Assembly (NCBI GenBank): GCA_038087875.1
Contig: CM075990.1
Location: forward strand, 8,930,001 to 8,994,000
Length of the DNA: 64,000 nucleotides
DNA from: Malacoraja senta
Taxonomy: Eukaryota
Direction: 5' to 3'
The notes beneath the pieces were generated by a model. That model was not told where the DNA came from and ran no database searches. It was given only the letters and a program-made list of their open reading frames with translations. Below are positions 38,965 to 51,489 of the stretch, piece by piece. The first letter of the stretch is position 1. Each line of letters opens with the position of its first letter. A program made the position numbers and the translations under genes.

Positions 38965-40388
38965 TTCCCCATCTATGGAAAAGAGAAAGATGCCAGACCA
39001 GAATCTTCAATGCCCACTTCCCAGTTTGTAGGCAAGCAGTGCAGTCTCACAGAGGCCCCAAGAACATGACCTAGACATCAGGACATCAGTCAGACAAAGA
39101 AATTAAACCATAAAAAGCTGTAAATACTCTGTCCACCACAGGTGCTGCCTAACCTTGTTGAGTATTATCATGATTTTCTGCTTATATTTCAGATTTCCGA
39201 CTTTGCAGTGTTATTTAGACACTCTTCCAGCAGGTGTGGTTAAAGTGGTGCTAGAGTCATTTGGACACACTTCAGGCTGAGACTAAAATCTACTTTTGAC
39301 GAGGACAGAAACATCAGATTTAAGTTATCACATTATGTACGATGATTGTCCAGGATTATTAAACTGGTAAATTAACCTAAATTATTCAAAAAATAATTCT
39401 TAATGATCAGATTTATTATTGGGACATTTAGGCAAATGCAAGTTAGATGCCAGGACTATTGACATTATTGCTTTATGGCATTTAATAGGGACTAAAGAAC
39501 CACTGCCAATAGTGATTTGCGAGTTTGAACACAGTGAACAGAAATGTTCAGGATCACCTCTAGGCTAAAGTTACCAAGAGACTTCTGTCCTCATTATTCA
39601 TTGGATACATACTGAAGTGTTTCCAATTCCCAGCTCTGCTCGCACATTAAAATTGCGGAATATTAAGATGGTTCAGATTGTCGAAAATGGATTGAGATTT
39701 AATCCTTGGGGCAATGGAACAGCGGCCAAGATCAGAATAGGATTGTGTTATGGTTGAAGTCACTCAGAGCCGGAAGCCATTCGTTGAAACAGGCCTTCAT
39801 TCATTACCAAACGTAAATGCAGGGAAGATCAGGAAGAAGAATATCCCCAAAAACAATTACATTGAGTTTTATACTTCCTATATAATAGTAAGATTAAATG
39901 AGAACTTACCAGTTTGAAGTTTGATCTTTATTTTATGAGTAGTTACGTCGAGGGATTACGTGAAGACCCCGCCAGCACGCATGCGCGACATTCTTCAAAG
40001 CAGCGGTGTGGAATCACAGTAATAGTAATGAAATAAACATAGTAAGATAAGAAGAACTAGGATACCAGTTGACCTTTACAAGAGGGTGGGCGTAGAGGGC
40101 ACGTAATCCCTCGACGTAACTTCTCTTCTCATAAAATAAAGATCAAACTTCAAACTGGTAAGTTCTCGTTTAATCTTACTATTTTACTTCGGAGTCACGT
40201 GAGTGACTACGTGAAGATTTTAAAGATCTGTGATTTCATACCGTGGAACAAGTCCATGCTTCACTCACTGCCGAAGTCATCCAAGGGAGGAAGTATGTTA
40301 TCATCATTAAACATGAATAAATTTTTCAAACAATAACAATTTATTTATTTATTTTTTAACAAAGAAAATAATGCTCCCTCGGGCTAAA

Positions 40389-41372
40389 TTATATTGCAGA
40401 ACTTAAAATTTTCTCTGCAAACACTGCAGGTTTGGCAATCGGCTTATTATAAAATATTTGGAAAGTCTTTTCTGTAGACCATCCCGCTGTCGCCAGGATA
40501 TGGTCCATTGGTACCTCCATATTTCTTGCCGCCGATGTTGCTGCTGCCCTGGTGGAGTGAGATTTAAAAATGTCAGTATCCACCCCAGCAGCCCCCAGAA
40601 CCTGTCTGAGCCATCTTGAGATGGTCTGTACTGACACCCGTCCATGAGGCTGTTTGAAACTAACCCATAATGCCATTTCGCTTCCTCTTAAGGATTTTGT
40701 TGTCCTAAGATAAAGCAGTAGATGTGTCATGACACACAAACGGGGGTCAGATGGGTATGCCCTGAATTCCAAAGTCAGTCCCGAAGTTCCTGGTCTATTC
40801 TGTTTGACCAACTCCAAGATCCGGAAGGTTATCTTGTCAGTTGATGATTTCATATTGTCCAATCTTAATTTGTATAGGGACTGGACACTTTGAGCTGAGA
40901 CTAAAGCCATCAGCATTACTGTTTTCAGTGTGAGCTGTTCCAGGGACAGGGACATTGCTGGTGACCAACCCCTAAGCAATGTAAGTACAACACTGACGTC
41001 CCAGATCTGGGTGTACCTTGGTCTGGGGGGATTGGTGTTGTAGATACCCCTCATTAGTTTGGCAACTAGAGGGTGGGATCCCATGGACTGCTGTCCCGGT
41101 GCCTGCCATAAATATGCTGACAGAGCACTCCTAGCACTGTTGATTGTGCTGTAACTCAGTCCTTCGTCAAAGTGAAGGCTGGATAGGAACTCCAGGACAT
41201 TGGTAACTGTAGCTGATTTATATGCTACCCCAGTCCTTGAGCAGTACACTTCCCACTTCCGAATGCTGGAGAGGTACTGCTTCTTACTGGATTCTCGGTA
41301 GGCCGCCGTCATCATGTTCATGGTCCTGTCCGACAATCCCAGATCCAAAAGAGGTCTTTTTAAATTCTGCAA
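40389..41372 (-). CDS. DIRS B tyrosine recombinase (327 aa open frame; first catalytic Arg replaced by Ser)
   Basis: SAQSVQSL (SAQRVQSL in A), KQNRP, HSTR, AGW, FYNK. Confidence 0.88.
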   Translation of the reverse strand: MQNLKRPLLDLGLSDRTMNMMTAAYRESSKKQYLSSIRKWEVYCSRTGVAYKSATVTNVLEFLSSLHFDEGLSYSTINSARSALSAYLWQAPGQQSMGSHPLVAKLMRGIYNTNPPRPRYTQIWDVSVVLTLLRGWSPAMSLSLEQLTLKTVMLMALVSAQSVQSLYKLRLDNMKSSTDKITFRILELVKQNRPGTSGLTLEFRAYPSDPRLCVMTHLLLYLRTTKSLRGSEMALWVSFKQPHGRVSVQTISRWLRQVLGAAGVDTDIFKSHSTRAAATSAARNMEVPMDHILATAGWSTEKTFQIFYNKPIAKPAVFAEKILSSAI

Positions 41373-43290
41373 GCCAACAGATTTATCCTGTCATGGCATG
41401 GATGACTTTCGCCCGTAACAGGATGGACCAAGAGATCTGGTCTTTTGGGAATGGTCATGAGTGGTTCAGAGACCATGTCGAGGACCACAGGGAACCATGG
41501 CTGTGTAGGCCAATCGGGTACTACCAAAATACCTGAAGCTGAGTCCATTTGTATTTTGCGTAGGACCCGACTGATGAGGCAGAAGGGGGGAAAGGCATAG
41601 AAAACCAATTTTCCCCAATTCAGCGAAAACGCGTCCATCGCTACTGCCTCAGGGTCTGGTTCCCAAGCGACATATGTTGGTAACTGGTGATTCAGTCTGG
41701 ATGCAAAGAGATCGATATCAGGTGTACCATACCGCATTGTAATATCAGCAAATACTTTGTGGTTCAACATCCATTCGGTGTTGTCATTAAATTTTTGTGA
41801 CCTGGTGTCTGCCACTGTATTGAGCTTACCTGGTAGGTAAGTTGCTGATAGCCAAATATGTCTGTCGACACACCATTCCCAAATTGTGCTGACCAAATCG
41901 TCACACGATATCGATTTTATTCCACCCATATGATTAATATAAGCCACCACTGTGGTATTGTCAATTTGTAGGCGGACACGCAAATGGTGCATAGCTGAAC
42001 AGTAAGCTTTTAGCCCATAAAACGCACCCAACATTTCTAAGTAATTTATACCCAGTGTCTGTAGTAGTGATCACTCTTGTATGTTCCATCTACCACCAGT
42101 ACTAGATATAGTGTTAGTTGCTCCCCAGCCCTGAGCACTGGCATCCGTTTGTAATGTGAATGATGGGTTACAAATAATGATGGGGCTGGAACTATGCCAA
42201 ATGTTTTCTCTCCACCATTGTAACTCCGAAATTGCTTTGGCTGGTAATTGCATTGCCCGATCAAAATGACCTTTATGTTGTTTTAGCGCTTGCACCTTTG
42301 CCCTTTGTAAATTTTGGTAATGCAAAGGTCCAAACTGAGTAGCTGGAAATGCTGCTACTAGTTTCCCAATCACTTTTGCCACCTGTCGAATAGATGGTTG
42401 ATTAGTAAAAATCAATTTGCTGCAGACTTCCACCAAATCTGCTGCTTTGTCCTTTGGCAATGTTACAGACATGTGGACAGAGTTAATTGTGAATCCCAGA
42501 TAGTCAATAGTTGTGGATGGTGTCAACTTAGATTTATCTGGATGTATAATAAACCCCAGTGTTTCAAACAGATGTTTGGTAGCTAAAACCGCTGATTTAG
42601 CTAATTCCAGGGTTTTCCCCACAATCAAAATATCATCAAGATATGCCATAACAATATGTTTTTGTTTCCTTAGTATTGCCAAGGCTGGTTTCAATATCTT
42701 GGTAAATTGTCTTGGGGCTGATGTTAACCCATTAGGCAACGCTTTATACTGCCATAGTTGCCCCATCCAGTTAAATTTTAGGTATCTACGATGATCCTTA
42801 TGAATGAGTACTGAATAGTATGCATCTTTTAAATCGATGCATGCCATGAAGTATCCTTCGGAAACTAATTGTTTGGCAGTAACAAATGTTTCCATTTTGA
42901 AATGTGTTTGGTTAACAAAAGTATTCAGTTTAGTTAAGTCAATGATGATGCGACATCCACCATCTTTCTTAGTTTTTGTAAATATGTTCGATACAAATTC
43001 CAGAGAGTCATGCTCCGTTCTCTCTATAACTCCTTTAGCATGTAACCTCACCAGTTCTGCATGTCCTTTGAATTTTTCCCCTTGTGTGAGTACAAACTCC
43101 CTGTCAGGTACATGTTGAACTGAAATCCTTTTTGGATGAAATCAATTTTGTATCCCTCAATACTTTATAGTATATATTTATCAAATGTACTATTCCTCCA
43201 TGCTTCCCAAAACAAATGTAACCTTCCCCCTGTTAGTACAGGACCTACACCTTTTATGTTCTGGAAGGAACCAGACCCACCTACCTCCAT
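41360..43290 (-). pseudogene. DIRS B pol (RT-RNaseH-MTase), disrupted
   Basis: ORFs 42071-43051 (YLDD, TDAS) and 41360-42034 (DLFASRLN, YAFPPF) are separated by a stop; the N-terminal MEVGG part is separated by further lesions. Confidence 0.9.
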
Positions 43291-43447
43291 GGTTACCGGT
43301 CGTAAGTTCATTTCTTCCGCCTCTGTCTCTTCACTGGTTGAGGCTGTGTGGGGTTGGCGCATCTTCCATGAGGGCCGCTCTGGGCCTTGGCCTAAAAAAG
43401 ACCTTTGTGGTTGATGTGCGGCCCTCACGCTTTCACCAGCACCCTGG

Positions 43448-43688
43448 TGTTGATGCCTGCTGGTGGATGCATAGGGGTGCCGCCGCCTGGGGTGTGTGGT
43501 TTTGCTCGTTCCTGGAGCTGCCCTCATAAGTCCAAAGGCTTTGGACTCTTCGTACCAGTTCTTTTACTTGTTGGACAAGTCTTTCCCAAACAGCAGTATT
43601 TGTGGCTGTGCAGTTGCAGTTTTGCACAACCCTGCAAATTTGGGGTTGAGGGCAGGTTTTATGGCGTTCTTCCGCAGGCAGTTTATTT
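43448..43688. repeat. 241-bp direct repeat flanking the L1 insertion (partner 44375-44615)
   Basis: TGTTGATGCCTGCTGG...GCAGGCAGTTTATTT occurs on both sides, with about six differences counted by eye. Confidence 0.92.
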
Positions 43689-44374
43689 TTTTTTAATTTT
43701 TTAATTTTTATTTTATTAGAAGTTAATACAATACAAAACAATACAGTGGCACCTAATTTTAGGTGCCAACTATGTCATAATGTAATGCATTCTATGTACA
43801 ACCTCTAGTTTTATGTTTTTGAAAAGGAGGTAAAAAATTAAAAAAAATAAAGAAAAAAATAGAGAAAACAAAGAGGAAAAATAAATAGTAGAAAATAGAA
43901 AAACGTGAAGTGTGTATATAAGAAAAGAAAAAATAGAAAGTAGAAATAGTAGAAAAAGACCCTTAAAAAAGAAATTTTCAAATCTTTGTTTGGAGATGTA
44001 AATCTATCCACGACCTGACCTGAAATCAGTAATCTTTACGGTACTGCTGCATCACATGATTCCAAAAAGTCGATGAAAGGGGACCAACTCCTTAAGAATT
44101 GGTCATATTTATCTATTAGGCGAAGTCTCATTTCTTCAAGGTGTGCTATGTCTGTCATATTCCTAATCCACATTTTAATAGTTGGTATAGCTGTATTTTT
44201 CCAAAATTTAAGTATCAATTTCTTTCCAATTATTAACCCATAATTAAAGAATACTTTTTGGTCTTTGTTTAAATTGATATCTTCTAATATTATTCCAAAT
44301 ATAATCCATTCCATATTAGGTTCTATTCTTGACTTGAAGAGCTTTGTAAATATATCAAATATATCGCTCCAAAA
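43689..44374 (-). mobile_element. 5'-truncated L1/Tx1-like LINE (ORF2 C-terminus, 3'UTR and A-rich tail) nested in DIRS B
   Basis: Minus-strand peptide FWSDIF..P..IIFG..KKLILKFWK..PTIKMW..E..F.RSWSPF resembles the fish L1 ORF2 C-terminus; pyrimidine-rich UTR; A-rich tail near 43689; flanked by a direct duplication. Confidence 0.8.
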
Positions 44375-46009
44375 TGTTGATGCCTGCTGGTGGATGCATA
44401 GGGGTGCTGCCGCCTGGGGTGTGTGGTTTTGCTCGTTCCTGCAGCTGCCCTCATAAGTCCAAAGGCTTTGGACTCTTCGTCCAGTTCTTTTACTTGTTTG
44501 GACAAGTCTTTCCCAAGCAGCAGTATTTGTGGCTGTGCAGTTGCAGTTTTGCACAACCCTGCAAATTTGGGGTTGAGGGCAGGTTTTATGGCGTTCTACC
44601 GCAGGCAGTTTATTTCATACTGTGTATTACACAGTAGGGCCAGTGTGTCCTGCTGGTTATCGGTCATTTCGACCCCGTCAACAGAACGAGAGTAAGATGT
44701 TATAGCTGAAGTCAAAAGTTTTAATATCTTCTGAAGCTTCACCTCCTGGGCCCTTATGCCCAGCCCAATGTACCCCCAGATTTGGCTGTTGACGGCGGGT
44801 ACATTTAGCGAGATGCACTTCTCCGGAGGTATGTATTTTTCCATAGTTTCATTGACTACCTGTTACTGCAGAGGGTGGAAGGACAGGTAGTCTATACTGG
44901 CCGCCAGTTTGGTCTGCAAAGGTTGTCCCGCACGCGGTGGTACCCCAAACTTGTGGACCACTCCCAGCAGCTCTTCCTGGTCCTGCACCCTCAGCACACT
45001 GCTGGTATCTTCAGCCACGAACCCCGCTTCCAGGCCAGCCCAGTCCTGGCCCCTAACGCTCCCCTCTGTCGAGGGAGATGCGATGGACAGCGCCGCATAC
45101 GGTGCTGTTGTGGGTGTGCGAGCACTCCCATGGCGAGCTTGCTCCATCTCCCGGAGCAAGTCTCGCTGGAGCATTTGCTCCATCAACCGCTCCATGCGGG
45201 ATAAACGGTCACCTTTGCTGCTCTCGGGCAGCACGTCCTCCTGACCGGACTCATCCGAGTCTATCGGCCGGACCGACTTCTGCTTCGCCTTGCCTCCAAC
45301 CTGCTGCGTTGTTTCCAGCTGAGCAGCTTGCGGCATTGGGCTTGGCTGCGCAGAGTTGCAGTCGGTGACTGTGGACCGCAGGGAATGCGGTCCCGGTGCC
45401 GTCCGTCGCCCCCCCCCCCTGCCGGAACCTTCCTGGTCCACCTCAGGTGTACGGGACGCGACCTTCTTTGTCTTTCTCCCCTTGTCCATAGCTGCTAAAA
45501 AACAAGCTCAACAAGGGTTGCAATAACGACCTCAGAATAAGATTTCCTTACCTGCAGGTCCCGTTTTAAATCTTGCCGCGGGAGAGCTCTTCCCCCGCCC
45601 GTCGCATTGCACTGCGTAAGACGCTATGTCACGCATGCGTGCTGGCGGGGTCTTCACGTAGTCACTCGCGTGACTCTGACGTAAAATGATAGTATATGAC
45701 AGGAGATGGGGTCAAGGAAAGAGCGTTCATGTCGCGACCCTGTCTCCACCAATCTTTTCACCACCACGCACAAGAAGCACAAGAAGCGACAAGACAGACA
45801 TCATTGTATGCAGATGCAGAGAAGTGTGTTCAGCTCTGACTGAACAACTTCTAATCTTGTGTGTGGACTCGATAAGAAGATGACAGATGATCAACGTCCT
45901 TCGAATGTTACAATGAACACTCGTGTGGACTTCTTTGTGAAGCAGGGAGGAGTGTTGCATTGTCAGAGGTCGCATCTTCCATGTGTGACCTTAAAACAAG
46001 GATCAGATT

Positions 46010-46440
46010 GAGTCTGAAGAAGGGTTTTGGCCCGAAACGTTGCCTATTTCCTTCGCTCCATAGATGTTGCTGCACCCGCTGAGTTTCTCCAGCACTTTTG
46101 TCTACCTTCGATTTTCCAGCATCTGCAGTTCCTTCTTAATCAGATTGCTCTTTCAGGTGGATATAGCAGATACCATGGCGCTAAAAGACATTTATCACCA
46201 CCTTAGACACAAAATGCTGGAGTAACTCAGCGGGACAGGCAGCATCTCTGAAAAGAAGGAATGTGTGACCTGCTGAACTCTCGTTGGAGAACCTCTTCAA
46301 CGTAGACATACATTGAGGAGATTTCGCAGTGGAGTGGACGAAATTTATAGAAAAGAACTGCAGATGCTGGTTTAAATCGAAGGTAGACACAAAATGCTGG
46401 AGTAACTCAGCAAGAGAGGCCGCATCTCTGGAGAGAATCA
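46010..46440. mobile_element. Cluster of Penelope-like pLTR fragments
   Basis: 46010-46140 (+), 46204-46270 (-), 46350-46440 (-). Confidence 0.65.
46014..46041 (+). ncRNA. Minimal hammerhead ribozyme-like motif (variant loop)
   Basis: CUGAAGA-A-GGG(UUUUGG)CCC-GAAA-CG-UU. Confidence 0.45.
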
Positions 46441-47117
46441 CCTTCTCAAGGGTAATTAAGGATGGGACATAAATACTCAAGAAATGGTGACCAGGTAGTT
46501 ATCTGGGACTTCACATCAACTCTAAAAGGAATCTGTGAAAAGGAATATTGCTAATGCCATCTTCCTTTCGTTTGTTATAGTCCTCAGGTCTTATGCATAT
46601 GTTTGAGATAAGGGCACTCATACTTCAATGGTGTCAAATACCATAACTCTATATGCCTATTATCTATTGTTTCTCTGCACCAATGGTTGTGCCCGCCACC
46701 TGATACTCATGGTTTTTAAGAAGTCTCTAGACGAGTAGTTGAGTCTCAAAGGCAACAGACCTAATGTGGGTAAGAGATTAGTATGCATAAGTACAAAGGG
46801 CAGCATGGACATGGTGGTCAGAAGGGTCTGTTTCTCTGCTATATGACTATGATTCTATTCACATCTCTCTCTTTTACATTGATCTCCTTATCTCATAGCC
46901 TGGAGCTTCAATGCCTCTCTCAAAGTGTTTGTTGAATCCAATTAACATGGCGTTTGTCTCAATTCTCTCAATGACCTCTATTCAAAATTAGAAAGAGATT
47001 TTTCCAGATCTGAAGAAGGGTCATTGCCATGAAAAGTTCATTAATTTTCTCTCTCCATGCTTGTTGCCTGACCTGCTGAGTTTCCAGCATTTCCTGTTTT
47101 TTATTTCAAAAAATCTA

Positions 47118-48732
47118 CAGTGGCTTGCAAAAGTATTTATACCCCTTGAACTTTTCCACATTTTGTCACGTTACAAGCACAAACGTAAATGTATTTTATT
47201 GGGATTTTATGTGATAGACCAACACAAAGTGGCGCATAATTGTGAAGTGGAAGGAAAATGATACATGGTTTTCAAATTTTTTTACAATTAAAAAACTGAC
47301 AAATGTCGCGTGCAAAAGTATTCAGCCCCCTTTACTCTGATACCCCTAAATAAAATCCAGTGCAACCAATTGCCTTCAGAAGTCACCTAATTAGTAAATA
47401 AAGTCCACTTGTGTGTAATCTAATCTCAGTATAAATACAGCTGTTCTGTGAAGGCCTCAAAGGTTTGTTAGAGAACATTAGTGAACAAACAGCATCATGA
47501 AGCACAAGGAACACACCAGACAGGTCAGGGATAAAGTTGTGGAGATGTTTAAAGCAGGGTTAGGTTATAAACAAATATCCCAAGCTTTGAACATCTCACG
47601 GAGCACTGTTCAATCCATCATCCGAAAATGGAAAGAGTATGGCACAACTGCCAACCTACCAAGACATGGGCGTCCAACTAAACAGACAGGCCGGGCAAGG
47701 AGAGCATTGATCAGAGAAGCAGCCAAGAGGCCCATGGTAACTCTGGAGGAGCTGCAGAGATCCACAGCTCAGGTGGGAGAATCTGTCCACAGGACAACTA
47801 TTATTCGTGCACTCCACAAATCGGGCCTTTATGGAAGAGTGGCAAGAAGAAAGCCATTGGTGAAAAAAAGCCATAAGAAGTCCCGTTTGCAGTTTGCCAC
47901 AAGCCATGTGGGGGACACAGCAAACATGTGGAGGAAGGTGCTCTGGTCAGATGAGACCAAAATTGAAGTTTTTGGCCTAAATGCAAAACGCTATGTGTGG
48001 CGGAATCCTAACACTGCACATCACCCTGAACACACCATCCCCACTGTGAAACATGGTGGTGGCAGCATCATGCTGTGGGGATGCTTTTCTTCAGCAGGGA
48101 CAGGGAAGCTGGTCAGAGTTGATGGGAAGATGGATGGAGCCAAATACAGGGCAATCTTGGAAGAAAACCTGTTAGAGTCTGCAAACGACTTGAGACTGGG
48201 GCGGAGGTTCACCTTCCAGCAGGACAACGACCCTAAACATGCAGCCAGAGCTACAATGGAATGGTTTAGATCAAAGCATATTCATGTGTTAGAATGGCCC
48301 AGTTAAAGTCCAGACCTAAATCCAATTGAGAATCTCTGGCAAGACTTGAAAATTGCTGTTCAGACGTTCTCCATCCAATCTGACTGAGCTTGAGCTATTT
48401 TGCAAAGAAGAATGGGCAAAAATGTCAGTCTCTAGATGTGCAAAGCTGGTAGAGACATACCCCAAAAGACTTGCAGCTGTAATTGCAGCGAAAGGTGGTT
48501 CTACAAAGTATTGACTCAGGGGGGCTGAATACTTTTGCACGCGACACTTTTCAGTATTTTATTTGTAAAAAAATTTGAAAACCATGTATAATTTTTCTTC
48601 CACTTCACAATTATGCACCACTTTGTGTTGGTCTATCACATAAAATCCCAATAAAATACATTTACGTTTGTGGTTGTAACGTGACAAAATGTGGAAAAGT
48701 TCAAGGGGTATGAATACTTTTGCAAGCCACTG
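47118..48732 (+). mobile_element. Tc1 (DD34E) DNA transposon, Passport-like, full length
   Basis: TA|CAGTGGCTTGCAAAAGTATT ... AATACTTTTGCAAGCCACTG|TA. TIRs of about 213 bp (47118-47330, 48520-48732) with an inner direct repeat GCAAAAGTATTC (IR/DR type). TA target duplication. Confidence 0.97.
47497..48514 (+). pseudogene. Tc1 transposase with a premature TAA (48304) and a frameshift near 48360
   Basis: Paired-like HTH, GRP, WSDETK, QQDNDPKH, WPS*SPDLNPIE, C-terminal AAKGGSTKY. Confidence 0.93.
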
Positions 48733-49467
48733 TATTTATTATTAATAGTGCTTTCCTGATCCACAAACAACTCAGTGGAAGAACGCGTTCCTGCTGCAAT
48801 GCAACTGATTGGGCAGCCTGAGGTGACCAACACTACAGCTGTAAAGGCTATTCACTTCCCACTGCAGTGTCAAACATTTTCCAAGACTTCCACAGTTGGT
48901 GATTTTTATAAAACTCGTTGACAAAGGTATATTATCGTGCTTATTGATAAAAGACTAATAAGCTATTTTTGCAATTCGCTACGATGACAACACATGATAA
49001 CACTACTCATGGTCAGTTAGTTCAGGGCCTTGCTGATCCATTGGAACCCCCTCCCGCCAGGCAGATTTAGTGTAGAAGGAGTAGGTGACCAGCGAGCTCA
49101 GAAGGTGGTCTTCCATTAGAAGTAACGCATTGTAGTCCATCATTTAGCCTAAAAAAAATCATAATGTGTTAATGCTCAGATCATCTGATTTAATTATGTT
49201 TATTAAGAGATATTGACCAAGAAACCAGCAGGACATCATTTTCTTATTTCCTTGTTTATTCACTTTTTGGAGATCTGGGCATCATTAGCAATACTGACAT
49301 TTATTGCCTATCCCTAATTTCCCTTGGGAAGGTGGTGGTATGTGACTGTTAAAACCAAGGTATCAGTTATATCCACACAAGATTAAATCTTAATCTTGGT
49401 TCAAGGTTGTGCGGGAGAGAATACCTCTGGACAGTGCAGTCTCCTATTGTGCTCAAAGACACTCAAA

Positions 49468-49632
49468 TTTAGTTTGGTTTAGTTCAGTTTAGTTTAGTTT
49501 AGAGATACAAGATGAAAACAGGCCTTTCAGCCCATCAAGTCAAAATCGAGTCTACACCAACCATTGATCGTCATTTTACACTAGTTGAATGTCATCTCAT
49601 TTTCTCATCCATTCCTTGCATACTAGAGGCAA
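49468..49632 (-). mobile_element. SINE 3' fragment
   Basis: (TTTAG)n tail and 3' region only. Confidence 0.65.
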
Positions 49633-49787
49633 TTTAGAATACCATTTACCTGCAACATTGGAGGATAAATTAAGTGGCTTATTTTTGAGAAAATATTTCT
49701 GTACAAAAAAAACTTGCATGAGATCTCTCTGTCTAATTCCCAACCCCTCTCTTCGGACTTCTGTGATCTCCACCATCAATGGTGGAG

Positions 49788-50095
49788 GACACGGTGGCGC
49801 AGCGGTATAGTTGCTGCCTTACAGAGCTTGCAGCGCGGGAGACCCTGGTTCGATCCCGTCTGTACGGAGTTTCTACATTCTCCTCGTGCCCCCATGGGTT
49901 TTCTCCGAGATCTTAGATTTCCTCCCACATTCCAAAGACGTACAGGTTTGTAGGTTAATTGGCTTGGTATAAATGTAAATTGTCCCTAGTGTGTGTGTAG
50001 GATATTGTTAATATGCGGGGATCGCTGCTCGGCGCAGACTTGGTGGGCTGAATGGCCTGTTTCCGTGCTTATCTCTTAACTAAACCAAATCAAAC
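49788..50095 (+). mobile_element. tRNA-derived SINE
   Basis: Family match. Confidence 0.82.
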
Positions 50096-50989
50096 CATCA
50101 CTTCCCACTGCAGTGTCAAACATTTCCCAAGATGTCTTCAGTTGGTGCTTTTTATAAAACTGTATAACAAAAGTATATTATTGTGGTTACTTATACAAGA
50201 TTAATAAGCTATTTTTGTAATTCACTACTATAACAACATAAGATAGCATGAAAAAACACTTTATAAACACTTTCAATAGCTCTCCACATGTGTATCCGCT
50301 GTCTCCACAATGTAACCAACGGCATTGCACATTGTGAGAGTCTGTGCTATTGCGTAAAACCTAGAGTCTCTGGCATTTAACCGTAGCTGTATGATCTCAT
50401 TATAAGTCTACAAAGTATTAATTACTTTAAGTAAACAGGACCCTGAGGTCACATAGAGGTAAATTGTGATTGTCAAGGTTTAAGAGGCAATAGATTGATA
50501 ATCCTCAGTGTTTCACAATGGGGAGCAACTAAATTGTAATGAATGAAAAAGAAATGTCTTCAGTAATGTTTCTTTTCCAAGCTACTTTTGCTGTTGTTGG
50601 TGGCTCCCAGTCAGCTCAACTTGTCTTGCGGGGGAAAAAAAGAGGAAATTTAGCTTGAGTAGAGCAAAATAGCACAGTAAATGGTTTGGAACAAATGGTC
50701 TGTTTCTGTGCTAAGTAATTCTTTCTTGGAGGCAAACAGTTGCAGACTCGACCTCTCCATGTGTCTGTGTACACATTCCAGATGTGAGAAGGATTTTCCA
50801 TGTGCTGCACAAAAGTGTACCTGATGACATTGGCATTTTAATTGAATCTGTCTGCGGGCTTATAGCTGGGACATCGACAAACACAACTTTAACAGGTGGA
50901 AAAAAACACAAGAAACTGCAGATGCTCAAATCTTGTGCAAAAAGCTAAGTGTTGGAGGAGATCAATGAATCAGGCAACATCTGTGGAGG

Positions 50990-51432
50990 GTACACAAAAA
51001 TGCTGGAGAAACTCAGCGGGTGCAGCAGCATCTATGGAGCGAAGGAAATAGGCAACATTTCGGGCCGAAACCCTTCTTCAGACTGATAGGGGGTGGGGAG
51101 AAGAAAGGAAAAAGGCGGAGGAGGAGCCCGAGGGCTGAGGGATGGGAGGAGACAGCCCGAGGGCTGAGGAAGGGGAGGAGACAGCAAGGGCTAACAGAAT
51201 TGGTAGAATTCAATGTTCATGCCCCCAGGATGCAGACACCCCAAGTGGAATATGAGGTGCTGTTCCGCCAATTTCCGGTGTTGCTCGCTCTGGCCATGGA
51301 GGAGACCCAGGACAGAGAGGTCGGATATGGAATGGGAGGGGGAGTTGAAGTGCTGAGCCACCGGGAGGTCAGGTTGGTTATTGCGGACCGAGCGGAGGTG
51401 TTCGGCGAAACGATCGCCAAGCCTCCGCTTGG
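50990..51432 (-). mobile_element. Penelope-like element 3' end (GIY-YIG endonuclease C-terminus plus pseudo-LTR)
   Basis: KRRLGDRFAEH..V...DLPVAQHFNSPSH..DL.V.GL....RKL.EQHLIF.LG.L.P.GMNIEF followed by the pLTR. Confidence 0.85.
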
Positions 51433-51489
51433 AGGGAATGTGGAGGGAATGGACAGGCCCCATTCTGGGCAGGACCCTTCTTCAGAATC

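Larger units (their letters stand above)
43291..45489 (-). pseudogene. DIRS B ORF1 (gag-like), interrupted by stops and an L1 insertion
   Basis: ORFs 44863-45489, 44596-44844, 44323-44556 and 43165-43527 match copy A gag. Confidence 0.85.
39884..45687 (-). mobile_element. DIRS1-like retrotransposon, copy B (full length, carries an L1 insertion)
   Basis: Same termini as A in reverse orientation; ICR about 40100-40217; AAT (ATT on the element strand) at both ends; gag, pol and YR homologous to A. Confidence 0.96.

Noticed and set aside
44036..44554. 172-aa ORF as a novel gene
   Set aside because: Chance fusion of an off-frame DIRS gag segment to the L1 ORF2 tail.
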